Source of the DNA: Omnitrophica WOR_2 bacterium GWF2_43_52
Lineage (GTDB): Bacteria; Omnitrophota; Gorgyraeia; Gygaellales; UBA12090
Direction of reading: 5' to 3'
Assembly (NCBI GenBank): GCA_001805445.1
Contig: MHGF01000022.1
Coordinates: 10,613-74,612 of the forward strand
Length of the DNA: 64,000 nt
Shown here: piece after piece, positions 49,165 through 57,942 of the stretch
How positions within the stretch are numbered: the first letter of the stretch is position 1
How the letters are laid out: each line of letters opens with the position of its first letter
Position numbers and translations under genes: made by a program
Notes under the pieces: generated by a model
What the model saw: the letters and a program-made list of their open reading frames with translations, nothing else
The model's database searches: none
What the model was told of the DNA's origin: nothing

Positions 49165-49325
49165 TTTGGTTACTATTAGTTACTAAGCGAATTACAAAAA
49201 TAGCTTATTTGTTACAAACAGTTACTATCCGTTACTTAAGAAACGTATAATCAAAACGTAACTATTAGTAACCGTTAGTAACTATCCATGATATTTTCCC
49301 GGCTTTAGTAACTGTTTGTAACTCC
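49165..49325. promoter_or_regulatory. Dense array of about 12 GTTACTA/TAGTAAC sites in the leader of the aldolase operon
   Basis: ggTTACTAttaGTTACTA...GTTACaaacaGTTACTAtccGTTACT...GTAACTAttaGTAACcgttaGTAACTA...GTAACtgtttGTAAC. Confidence 0.6.
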
Positions 49326-49329
49326 TATG

Positions 49330-50814
49330 TTAAAATCCATACCAATAATTCACCAGCGGCTTGGCGCCTTTGGTCTGATCAATAATTATATTTTTCTGCC
49401 TTGTGTATTCCAGAAATCCTTCCCTGCCCAGCTCCTTGCCAAAGCCGCTTTGCTTAAAACCGCCATAAGGAGCCTCGTTGTAAAACATCCCGTAGGTATT
49501 GATCCAGCAGGCCCCGGCATTGATCCGGGAGGCCAACTTTTGAGCCAAGGCCGTATCCTCTGACCAGATAGCGCAGGCCAAGGCAAAATCTGTGGCATTG
49601 GCTAATTGGATGGCCTCATCCCTATCTGAAAATTTACTCACGCAGGCCACCGGCCCAAAGACCTCTTCCTTAAAAATAGCCATGTGGGGCATAACATCAG
49701 TCAATACCGTTGGCTCAAAAAAGAAACCGTTTCGCAGTTCTGGATTATCCGGAATTTTCCCGCCGCAAAGCAGTTTTGCGCCCTCACTCTTTGCCTTTTC
49801 CACATATTCAATTACTTTTCTACGCTGGGCATCACTCATCAAAGGCCCCATCTGGGTTTCATAATTCAGTCCGTCACCTAATTTAATCTTTTTTGCCTTC
49901 TCCACAAACTCGGTAATAAATTTATCATATATATCATCTTCAACAAAAATCCTCGACAATGCCGTGCACATCTGCCCTTGGTTAAGAAAAATAGAACACA
50001 GAGAGCCGTTTACCGCCAACTCTAAGTCTGCATCTTTCAAAACTATCCCCGCGGACTTACCGCCCAGTTCCATAATTAGCTTTTTGACATTCCTGGAGGA
50101 ATAGCCGATAATCTTTTTTCCCACTTCCGGGCTTCCGGTAAAAGAAATTATATCCACCCTTTTATCCGCGCAGAGCTGTTCACCGGCAACATCACCGCTG
50201 GCATTGATGATATTAACCACTCCCTTCGGTAAACCAGCTTCCTGAATAATCTTAGCTAATTCTAAAACACTCAAAGGGGTTAAGCTAGAAGGCTTTAAGA
50301 TAACGGTGTTTCCCGCGGCTAAAGCTTGGGCTAATTTCCAAGAGGCAATTAAAAGCGGATAGTTCCAAGGGACAATCAAGACCGCTACACCTAAAGGCTC
50401 GCGTACCAACTGGCTTCTGGCATTCTCTAATTCCTTTGTTTCTTCTTTCAAAAACTCTTCTAAATGATTAGCAAAGTATTCAAAGGTCTTAGCGCTGGAG
50501 GGCACATCCATAAAGGTAGATTCCTTGATTGGCTTACCGGTATTCAAAGTCTCTAAGCGCGCCAATTCACCGGCCTTATCAAGAATGCCTTGTGAGATTT
50601 TTAAGAGAAAATCCTTACGCTCGACTAAAGCAATCTCCCTCCAGGATCCCGAATCAAAAGCCGCGCGCGCCGAAGTTACCGCGGCTTCAATATCGCCTTT
50701 TGAGGCCAGTGCCGCCTCAGCAATAATTTCACCGTTTGCGGGATTGGTTATCTTCTGTTTGTTTGAAGAATCTTTGAATTCGCCGTTAATGTATAAAGGA
50801 TAATAGGAATCCAT
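49330..50814 (-). CDS. NAD(P)-dependent aldehyde dehydrogenase
   Basis: ELGGKSAGIV glutamate motif and catalytic Cys (QGQMCTALSR). Confidence 0.9.
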   Translation of the reverse strand: MDSYYPLYINGEFKDSSNKQKITNPANGEIIAEAALASKGDIEAAVTSARAAFDSGSWREIALVERKDFLLKISQGILDKAGELARLETLNTGKPIKESTFMDVPSSAKTFEYFANHLEEFLKEETKELENARSQLVREPLGVAVLIVPWNYPLLIASWKLAQALAAGNTVILKPSSLTPLSVLELAKIIQEAGLPKGVVNIINASGDVAGEQLCADKRVDIISFTGSPEVGKKIIGYSSRNVKKLIMELGGKSAGIVLKDADLELAVNGSLCSIFLNQGQMCTALSRIFVEDDIYDKFITEFVEKAKKIKLGDGLNYETQMGPLMSDAQRRKVIEYVEKAKSEGAKLLCGGKIPDNPELRNGFFFEPTVLTDVMPHMAIFKEEVFGPVACVSKFSDRDEAIQLANATDFALACAIWSEDTALAQKLASRINAGACWINTYGMFYNEAPYGGFKQSGFGKELGREGFLEYTRQKNIIIDQTKGAKPLVNYWYGF

Positions 50815-50854
50815 TTTCGGACTTTAAAAAGGGTAAAAATACTTTAATTTTCCC

Positions 50855-50886
50855 TTGACTATACCATACTAAGTATGGTATATAAA
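50855..50886. promoter_or_regulatory. Consensus-like promoter with an embedded perfect 21-bp palindrome
   Basis: TTGACT ataccatact a agtatggtat ataaat; palindrome ATACCATACTAAGTATGGTAT. Confidence 0.45.
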
Positions 50887-50989
50887 TAAGTGAGCGGTAA
50901 GACCGCTGCGGGTTGTTCCAAGTGTTCCCTTCCGTATGGTTGGCCATAGCTTGGACACTTCAAGCCTGCAGGGCGCGCTCATTTTCATT

Positions 50990-51631
50990 TTATGGCAGAT
51001 ATACGCTGTCATACCTGACCTTTTCTTTCCAAAACACATTAAACCACTCCATATCGCGTTTTTCGTATTTCCTAAAGATTCCCCAACAGAATATATCCAC
51101 CGCCTGTAATCCTAAACTCTCATGCGATAAATAATGATAAATATCAACAGGAATCTTAGGATCAATCCTCCCTTTCAACTCCCTCATAATGTAAGAATTG
51201 AATTCTGCTATTTCCGGCCTTGCCTTGCTTTTATCCACAACTAAATATATCCTTGAGTGCGCCGCTTCAAGAGGAATTTTGTCCATAGCGAGCCGTACAA
51301 CATAATTGTAAACCCGCTCTTTATCTTTCGTAAGGTGGGCATAAAGCCGTTTTTTATTCAAAGTGAGCGAATAAATGTCAAACTCTATACCCTTACACTG
51401 GCTATAAAAATACTTCAATACTCCGAGAGAGGTCTTTGAGCCTTTTAATTCCATCATATCCGATTTTTTATTGAGCTTACGTTTTATCGTGTTTTTGACG
51501 GAATTGATTAACGAGCGGTTTGCCGCGGATCCCATTAACGCAAGAATAGTAACGGTAAAAAAATTGGAGGGTTTCTTGTTCACAAAATCAAACCCCAAAT
51601 CACCGCTTTCATCAAGATACAAATAAAGCAC
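50990..51631 (-). CDS. DUF3800 family protein
   Basis: N-terminal MLYLYLDESGD motif characteristic of DUF3800. Confidence 0.55.
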   Translation of the reverse strand: MLYLYLDESGDLGFDFVNKKPSNFFTVTILALMGSAANRSLINSVKNTIKRKLNKKSDMMELKGSKTSLGVLKYFYSQCKGIEFDIYSLTLNKKRLYAHLTKDKERVYNYVVRLAMDKIPLEAAHSRIYLVVDKSKARPEIAEFNSYIMRELKGRIDPKIPVDIYHYLSHESLGLQAVDIFCWGIFRKYEKRDMEWFNVFWKEKVRYDSVYLP

Positions 51632-51774
51632 TTTTACCCTACCTTTTGCGCAACCACGCTTTCAAATCCGGAGGTATTTATACTGCCTTAACGCGGACCA
51701 TGTGATGAAACTTCCTCAGCACGCTCAATTAAGAAGACTTAATTTTTCGCGAAATGCTTTTCTTCCGCGGGCAC

Positions 51775-52245
51775 TCATCTTTTCTCAATTAATTCTTCCA
51801 ATTTAACTATAATCTCATCTAATTTGTCTTTAATGCTATCCCCAAAAGAACTGCCGTCTAAAGAACTTAGATCTTCCTTTATGGAACTCACATCGCTCTC
51901 AAGCGAACTTAAATCATTCAACTTTGCGTCTACCGAACTTAAATGGCTCTCAATATCTAATAAATCTGTTCTATCACTCTCGAGCGACTTTAAATTGCTT
52001 AATTTTGCGTCTATTGAACTTAAATGGCGTTCAATGTTAGATAAATCTGTTCTATCCAATGAACTGATTAACTTGTACGAAATTGAGCTTACATCACTTT
52101 CAATTGAACTTAAACACATTTTAAACCAAACCAGAAAAATAATAAGTAAAACAAAACATATATACACTACCATTCCTTGCCCTCCTTTTCGGATATATTC
52201 ACGATTAGGGCAATAACTTTCATTGCCATTAAGCGCGGGTGGCAA
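51775..52245 (-). CDS. Membrane-anchored coiled-coil protein with internal tandem repeats; N-terminal extension doubtful
   Basis: Repeats RTDLxxIExHLSSxDAKLxxLxSLESD x2; likely true start at MVVYICF; upstream codons overlap the 160-bp repeat element. Confidence 0.4.
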   Translation of the reverse strand: MPPALNGNESYCPNREYIRKGGQGMVVYICFVLLIIFLVWFKMCLSSIESDVSSISYKLISSLDRTDLSNIERHLSSIDAKLSNLKSLESDRTDLLDIESHLSSVDAKLNDLSSLESDVSSIKEDLSSLDGSSFGDSIKDKLDEIIVKLEELIEKR

Positions 52246-52390
52246 GGTTGTGTTTGAGTAGGGCGTACGGAAATTTTTGCAGCTTGGCCGCCGAGCGACA
52301 GCGAGGCGTGCAAAAATTTACGCCGAGTGAGGCTTACCGCAGGAGTAAGCCGAACGTCCCTGCGAAAACATAACCTTGACAGGACCCGCG
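52232..52390. repeat. Copy A of a roughly 160-bp GC-rich hairpin-rich repeat element
   Basis: About 95% identical to 57781-57940; internal inverted repeats ggcgtacggaaatttttgca / tgcaaaaatttacgcc and gcttaccgcaggagtaagc. Confidence 0.85.
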
Positions 52391-53413
52391 TCACTTTATC
52401 CTCACCTGTTTAAACAGCTCAAACAAACGGCTAAAAGGCACATACCAGCGGGAAAGTTTACCCATCTCTCCCTTTAATTTCATCTTCCCCTGCATCACCG
52501 CCACAAAGGGGTCAAGTTTGCCTAAGAATACCAACTGCCAAACATCGGTGGGTGCGCTAATCACAAAGGGCGCGTTATTATCGGCGTCTAGCTTCGTTAT
52601 CTTTCCCTTCTCAAAAGTAAATTTAAAATCCTTGGCATGGCCATCCAAGGTAATCGCAAGCTGCAAAGTCAAATCCAGCTCCCCGCCTTTTTTAGCAATC
52701 AATTCATCTTTATTCACCAAATCCACAATCGCCTGGATATGCTCTTTAGAAAACATCACATACGCATTATCTTGGCTCAAGTTTTCCTTAAGTGCTTTAT
52801 CCAAATCATCCAAAATCTCTTTTTTAAATAATCGGGCAACTGCCGCCACCTTTACCGCCTCCTCTAAGGTTTCAATCATATACAGGCAATCGCTGAATTT
52901 ATCGGCCACCGAAACTACGCCATGGTTCTTGGCTATCACCAAATTGCTGGCCTTTAAAGCATCGATGATTAACTCTGGCCTGGTAATAGCTGGAGTATCT
53001 TGCTCTACCACAGGAATAGTTCCCAAATAAAGCTTACTCTCAAAAGTTAAGGTTTTTAATTCCGAGCACACCGCGAAATAGGCGTTAATAAGACTAGGGT
53101 GGCAATGGATAATGGTTTTATGCGGGAAATTCTCATAGACCAAACGGTGCAGAGGAAATTCGGTAGTCAGGAGCTTATTCTTTAAATCTTCTTCGCTCTT
53201 TAAGTCAATTTTGATAATATCATCGGAAGTTAAACTCCCCAAACTTGTGCCGGTTGCGGTAACCAAGATATTATTTTCATCAAGCCTCGCGCTTAAATTC
53301 CCAGAACGCCCCACCACAAGGCGTAAATCATATAATTTCCTCCCGATAGTGATAATATCATCCCGTAACGATTTTTCTTTTCCAAATATCATCGCACAAA
53401 TCCGTAATCTCAA
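52391..53413 (-). CDS. Class II aldolase/adducin-domain protein fused to a C-terminal SCP2 sterol-carrier domain
   Basis: N-terminal class II aldolase fold with HCHPS metal motif; C-terminal 100 aa resemble SCP2 (LDPFVAVMQGKMKLKGEMGKL). Confidence 0.65.
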   Translation of the reverse strand: MRLRICAMIFGKEKSLRDDIITIGRKLYDLRLVVGRSGNLSARLDENNILVTATGTSLGSLTSDDIIKIDLKSEEDLKNKLLTTEFPLHRLVYENFPHKTIIHCHPSLINAYFAVCSELKTLTFESKLYLGTIPVVEQDTPAITRPELIIDALKASNLVIAKNHGVVSVADKFSDCLYMIETLEEAVKVAAVARLFKKEILDDLDKALKENLSQDNAYVMFSKEHIQAIVDLVNKDELIAKKGGELDLTLQLAITLDGHAKDFKFTFEKGKITKLDADNNAPFVISAPTDVWQLVFLGKLDPFVAVMQGKMKLKGEMGKLSRWYVPFSRLFELFKQVRIK

Positions 53414-53487
53414 TGCCAGGCACTTTCCGTTATAACGGAATCCCGCCTAAGGCGGGAAAAAGGCGTTTTAGTGCCAGACGTTGAACT

Positions 53488-54426
53488 TCATCTTGCAATC
53501 CTAAGATGAAAGTGTTGGGTAATTAAATTGCTGGGAGTTATATCAAAAGCCGGATAAAAGCCCTTTACCCCGTATGGCGCAAGGCGTATGCCTTGATATT
53601 CCAACAGTTCTTTGTCCGGACGGATTTCAACCTTAATATCTTTTCCAGTTTTGGCGCTTGAGGCGGGCGGACAAAGAACGTAAAAAGGTATCTTAAAATG
53701 TTGCGCTACAAGGGCAATCTGGTAAGTGCCGATTTTATTGGCGATATCGCCATTCTGCGCTAATTGATCAGCGCCAACTATTACCTTCGTAATTTTCCCC
53801 TGGCTCATAATACTGGCTACCATCCCATCTGTCATTATGGTAACCGGAAAACCGGCTAAATTTAACTCCCACGCGGTTAAACGGCTGCCTTGCAGATAGG
53901 GCCTAGTTTCGGTAACAAAAAACTCAATGTGTTTACCTTGGCTACGGCAAAACTCAGCAATCAAGGCAAGTTCACCACTAACATTACAATGGGTAAGAAT
54001 AATATCTTTATCTTGAATAATTTCTGCTACTTCCTGCGCACGCTGAATACGCTTTTCTTTAAGAACCTCAAGAAATCCGTTAATCTTTCTTTCGACATCA
54101 CCGGTCTTTGCCCAACCCAAAACCATATCGGTTAAAAATTTAAACGGCAAAGTAGGGCGAGTGGCATTAATAACTCTAGCTACTTTTTCAAAAAGCGGCT
54201 GTATATTCTTCTTATCTTTATTCTGTTTTAATACTAACAAAAATATACAAAACACCAAAAGCACCTGTCCAAAAGCCCGGGTCTTCATATCTTTGATAGC
54301 CTTTGCCGCCTCCTGATACGTCTTTGCCTTTACATACGCAAGCTTTTGCGGTAGAAGAGTTTCATCAAGGATAAAAAGCGTGTTGCCTTTAAGTTGTATC
54401 GGCCAAAAAAGTGGTGAGAATTTCAT
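53488..54426 (-). CDS. mtnA: Methylthioribose-1-phosphate isomerase (MtnA / eIF-2B family)
   Basis: VIVGADQLAQNGDIANKIGTYQIALVAQHFKIPFYVLCPPASS; assignment from memory of the eIF-2B-like family. Confidence 0.65.
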   Translation of the reverse strand: MKFSPLFWPIQLKGNTLFILDETLLPQKLAYVKAKTYQEAAKAIKDMKTRAFGQVLLVFCIFLLVLKQNKDKKNIQPLFEKVARVINATRPTLPFKFLTDMVLGWAKTGDVERKINGFLEVLKEKRIQRAQEVAEIIQDKDIILTHCNVSGELALIAEFCRSQGKHIEFFVTETRPYLQGSRLTAWELNLAGFPVTIMTDGMVASIMSQGKITKVIVGADQLAQNGDIANKIGTYQIALVAQHFKIPFYVLCPPASSAKTGKDIKVEIRPDKELLEYQGIRLAPYGVKGFYPAFDITPSNLITQHFHLRIAR

Positions 54427-54434
54427 ATTCGTTT

Positions 54435-55184
54435 TTATATTCCCTCTAACCTCTTCACTGTTTCAAGGGCAATCTCAATTAACTTACTTTCCGCCATATA
54501 ATAGAGCGGATTCATAAAGCCCATTTCACCGGTAATCACATTATCGCTTACCGCCAGAATTGAGCCGGCCTTTACATTGTAGGTCTGGGCAATAGTTAAC
54601 AATGTCGAGGAAACCATATCCACGGCAATCGCCCCCTCTTTGCGCTTTGCTTCAACAAGTTCCCTGGTTTCTCTTAAGAGCGCGTCGGTAGTCCAGACAC
54701 AGCCGCGGTGCACCGTTACTCCTAAATCCTTGGCTGCCTTCTCCAAAGTATCACTGATCTTTTTATCAGCTACGGTCTCAAAATCTTTATCCACATAATA
54801 CGGAGTAACCCCATCACCGCGGATTATCTTATCCGCCACCACCAAATCACCGACTTTTATCTTTTCATCCATTGCCCCGCAGGTGCCGATACGGATGATA
54901 TTTGATATCTGGGCATTGCACATTACCTCAGTAGTAATTGAGGTATCGGTAGAAAACCTGCCGCCGTTTATCGCGGTAACCTTAATTCCGCTATAAGTTC
55001 CGGTATACATCGTATATTCCATAAAGGAAAAATTCCGCACTGGGCTTTCTATCTTTTTAATCAGGACATCAAGCCTGTCTTTTGGCCCGGGGACTATCGC
55101 GTATTTACCCACATCCTGCGGCCTTAACTGTACCATTTCGGTTAAATCTTTTCCTGTTAGGTGAACCTCTTTTTGCATTTGCAT
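54435..55184 (-). CDS. Nucleoside phosphorylase, PNP/UDP family 1 (candidate MTA phosphorylase)
   Basis: PNP_UDP_1-like fold motifs (IVPGPKDRLDV, GTCGAMD); context next to mtnA. Confidence 0.65.
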   Translation of the reverse strand: MQMQKEVHLTGKDLTEMVQLRPQDVGKYAIVPGPKDRLDVLIKKIESPVRNFSFMEYTMYTGTYSGIKVTAINGGRFSTDTSITTEVMCNAQISNIIRIGTCGAMDEKIKVGDLVVADKIIRGDGVTPYYVDKDFETVADKKISDTLEKAAKDLGVTVHRGCVWTTDALLRETRELVEAKRKEGAIAVDMVSSTLLTIAQTYNVKAGSILAVSDNVITGEMGFMNPLYYMAESKLIEIALETVKRLEGI

Positions 55185-55486
55185 CTCTTTTTCTCCTCAA
55201 TGAGCACTTGACTTATGGAGTCCGAAGGACGAACATAAGTCAATGTGCGAATTGATCCCGCCGAGTGTGGGAAAATTATCCGCGGGATAGCCCTTCTTGT
55301 ACCAATTTAAGGAGAGGGTTTATCGAAGAGAATTTTCCCACATCTTACGAGGCGGGATGTTTAATGACAATATGCCTTACGGAACGAGCGAAGAGAGTGA
55401 ACGTAAGTCACTGCGCGAATTAACTCCGCCGAGCCCCAGCCTCTGGCGGGGTGTTGGCGAGACGGAGTAATCATTCTCTCTCTTTA
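55185..55486 (-). ncRNA. Roughly 300-nt structured leader/possible riboregulator upstream of the phosphorylase-mtnA-aldolase operon
   Basis: Two tandem about 60-nt repeats each with an 8-bp stem (gacttatg..cataagtc / gccttacg..cgtaagtc), a long-range pairing tcccgccgagtgtgggaaaa / ttttcccaca..ggcggga, and a UUCG-capped hairpin just before the SD. Confidence 0.3.
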
Positions 55487-56413
55487 TTAAACTGTTAGCT
55501 GTAAATCAATTATATTCTCCAAATTCTTACCTAAAATCTTTTCCTTTTGCTCTTTGTCAATATCCAATTCTTTAATTACCTGAATCGAACCAAGGACATC
55601 TTTATTTGCCGGATAATCCGAACCCCATAATAAATGTTCAGCTCCAAATGTATCCAGAGCCATTTTCAAGATATTCTTTGATTTCACCGCGCTGGTATCG
55701 CAGTAAATATTCTTAAAAATATCAGAGGGGAATTTCCCTAAGTCCTTCACGATATTTCTCATCCGTAACATCGTATACACGGTGTCAAACCTGTCTTTTA
55801 AAAATGGCAGCACCCCTCCAAAATGGGCAAAGACAAATTTTAAGGAAGGGAAATTGGTAAAAATACCGGACATCATCATCTTAGAAACGCACATGGTCAT
55901 ATCAAAGACATATTCAATGACTGGGGTAAGCAATGGGTCATTGACTCTTTCAAACCCGATAGGGTTAATCGTCTGGGTATGCACAAAAAGGGGAATCTTT
56001 TCTGCCTGTGCTTCTTCATATAAGGGATAAAACCTCCTATCATCAAGATACACACCGTTATAGCTTGAGGCAAGCGAAATACCCTGTAAGCCCAATTCCT
56101 TACGGCAACGTTTAAACTCATACAACATTTTCTCTTTACTCTGGACAGGGATAATCCCTAAACCGATAAATTTATGCGGGTATTTACGAATAACCTTGGA
56201 CAAACCATCATTATAGAGTTTACAGGCTTTTTCCTCATCGCTTAATTTAATATGGGCATCAGTAGTAGGATAATGTAATATTGCTTTCTCAACCACAGCC
56301 TCATCCATCCCCTTTAACTGAGCCTCTATATCAGCCCAGCTTGGATTATAAAAAGAGGCAACCTTCAAAATATCCTCCGGCAAATAATGGCTATGCGCGT
56401 CGATGATTTTCAT
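55487..56413 (-). CDS. Amidohydrolase-2 family metal-dependent hydrolase
   Basis: MKIIDAHSHY N-terminal metal-binding motif and TIM-barrel hydrolase pattern. Confidence 0.7.
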   Translation of the reverse strand: MKIIDAHSHYLPEDILKVASFYNPSWADIEAQLKGMDEAVVEKAILHYPTTDAHIKLSDEEKACKLYNDGLSKVIRKYPHKFIGLGIIPVQSKEKMLYEFKRCRKELGLQGISLASSYNGVYLDDRRFYPLYEEAQAEKIPLFVHTQTINPIGFERVNDPLLTPVIEYVFDMTMCVSKMMMSGIFTNFPSLKFVFAHFGGVLPFLKDRFDTVYTMLRMRNIVKDLGKFPSDIFKNIYCDTSAVKSKNILKMALDTFGAEHLLWGSDYPANKDVLGSIQVIKELDIDKEQKEKILGKNLENIIDLQLTV

Positions 56414-56473
56414 TGTTTAATACTACGAATTTACGCGAATTTATGCCTGCTTAGCAAGCAGGCTCATCAAATT

Positions 56474-56525
56474 GACACGAATATTCGTGTTAATTCGGCT
56501 CTTGATTCGCGGGAATTCGTGTTAT
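56474..56525. repeat. Copy 5 (short) of the CACGAAT-word palindrome; encodes the last 11 codons of the upstream hydrolase
   Basis: attgacacgaatattcgtgttaattcggctcttgattcgcgggaattcgtgtt. Confidence 0.75.
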
Positions 56526-57317
56526 AAAATCTGTTATTTTTTCCCTTAAAATATCTTCCGATTCAAAAAAATTGCTATTATGAGCGCCGCGAATCTCTAA
56601 GAATTCTTTTGGTGTCGCCGCTTCATCATAAAGCTTCCTGCCCAAACGAAAAGGCACAATCTCGTCATTACTGCTATGGATTATTAACTTTGGAATTCCT
56701 ATAGTTTTAATCTTCTGTACCGAATCAAACCTGCTGGCAAATACCCAATGCGGCAGGAACGGATAGAGAAACTTTATCATATCCTTTGCAGAAGTAAAAG
56801 AACTATCAATAATAAGCGCGGCCATTCTCTTCTTTACTGCTCCATCAATGATAACCGCTCCTCCGAGGGATTCTCCATAACCAATTATATTCTCTGGCGC
56901 TATCCCGCGAGAAATTAAATACTCATACGCCGCCGCTATATCAAGGTAAAAACCTTTTTCTGAAGGCCTTCCCTGGCTCCTTCCATAGCCACGATAATCA
57001 AAGATAAATACATTACAGCCAAGCTTACTAAAAAACTTTAATTTCTCAATCCTATGGCTGATATTGCCGGCATTCCCGTGGGCAAAAAGGACGGTATATT
57101 TCGCGGCCGGCCCAACAATAAGCCATCCGTTAAGTGTAGTGCCGTCAGAACTCCGCACGTTGACATCCGTATAAGGCATCCCAAGGTCATCAGGCTTACC
57201 GGCAATCTCTTTTTCCGGATAAAAAAGGCTTCGTTTCTCGATAAAACGTAAATAAAGAACAAATGCTACAATTGTTACGAGCGCTAAAAACGCGTGAGCT
57301 GATAATCGCGAAGCCAT
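56490..57317 (-). CDS. Alpha/beta hydrolase (S9/BAAT-like) with N-terminal membrane anchor
   Basis: GYGESLGGAV nucleophile elbow and His-containing C-terminus. Confidence 0.75.
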   Translation of the reverse strand: MASRLSAHAFLALVTIVAFVLYLRFIEKRSLFYPEKEIAGKPDDLGMPYTDVNVRSSDGTTLNGWLIVGPAAKYTVLFAHGNAGNISHRIEKLKFFSKLGCNVFIFDYRGYGRSQGRPSEKGFYLDIAAAYEYLISRGIAPENIIGYGESLGGAVIIDGAVKKRMAALIIDSSFTSAKDMIKFLYPFLPHWVFASRFDSVQKIKTIGIPKLIIHSSNDEIVPFRLGRKLYDEAATPKEFLEIRGAHNSNFFESEDILREKITDFITRIPANQEPN

Positions 57318-57321
57318 CAGT

Positions 57322-57753
57322 TTAAGTATGCGTTTGTTTTTCTTCTAAGATTCTTTTTATCATCTCTTCGTGATAAGCTGCCTTGATTTTTGTTAGCCCT
57401 TCCTGTCCGGCATCTTTTACAATTGCCTTTTCTATGGCATTAAGCTTTACGTCTAAAAAGATAAATTCAGGGTCAATTTTTTTGCCTTTATATTTTAACT
57501 GCAGACAGGCTTTTTCTTTTTCGACAATATACGACCTAAATTCATTAACTAATTTCTCTAAAGGCTTTTTCTCCTGTGGCATATAGGAACCTTTGAGTTC
57601 TTTTTCCATCTCTTTTAAAATAAACTCATCAATCTCTAGTTGAGTGAATTTGCGTTCATAGCGGTCAAAGGCTTCTTTGGTAGTCTTATAAAGCCATGTC
57701 AAATAACGAATTCTTAGATTCTTCTCGTCTTTTTTATCCACTCCCCCCTCCAT
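57322..57753 (-). CDS. Hypothetical protein (143 aa), helical
   Basis: ORF with no recognisable motif; preceded by the 160-bp repeat. Confidence 0.4.
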   Translation of the reverse strand: MEGGVDKKDEKNLRIRYLTWLYKTTKEAFDRYERKFTQLEIDEFILKEMEKELKGSYMPQEKKPLEKLVNEFRSYIVEKEKACLQLKYKGKKIDPEFIFLDVKLNAIEKAIVKDAGQEGLTKIKAAYHEEMIKRILEEKQTHT

Positions 57754-57780
57754 TTATAATTTACTAATGTTGCGCATGCT

Positions 57781-57940
57781 AGCGCGGGCGGCGAGGTTGT
57801 GTTTGAGCAGGGCGTACGGAAATTTTTGCAGCTTGGCCGCCGAGCGGTAAGCGAGGCGTGCAAAAATTTACGCCGAGTGAGGCTTGCCGCAGGAGCGAGC
57901 CGAACGTCCCTGCGAAAACATAACCTTGACAGGACCCGCG
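57781..57940. repeat. Copy B of the roughly 160-bp GC-rich hairpin-rich repeat element
   Basis: See copy A; hairpin gcttgccgcaggagcgagc carries compensatory changes relative to copy A (A-U to G-C). Confidence 0.85.
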
Positions 57941-57942
57941 CC

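Noticed and set aside
55185-55486. CRISPR array, or known SAM-I/SAM-II/T-box riboswitch
   Set aside because: There are only two tandem units and no regular spacer-repeat periodicity. GGUGGAGGGA/S-box and T-box conserved blocks are not found by eye. It is retained only as an unclassified structured leader.
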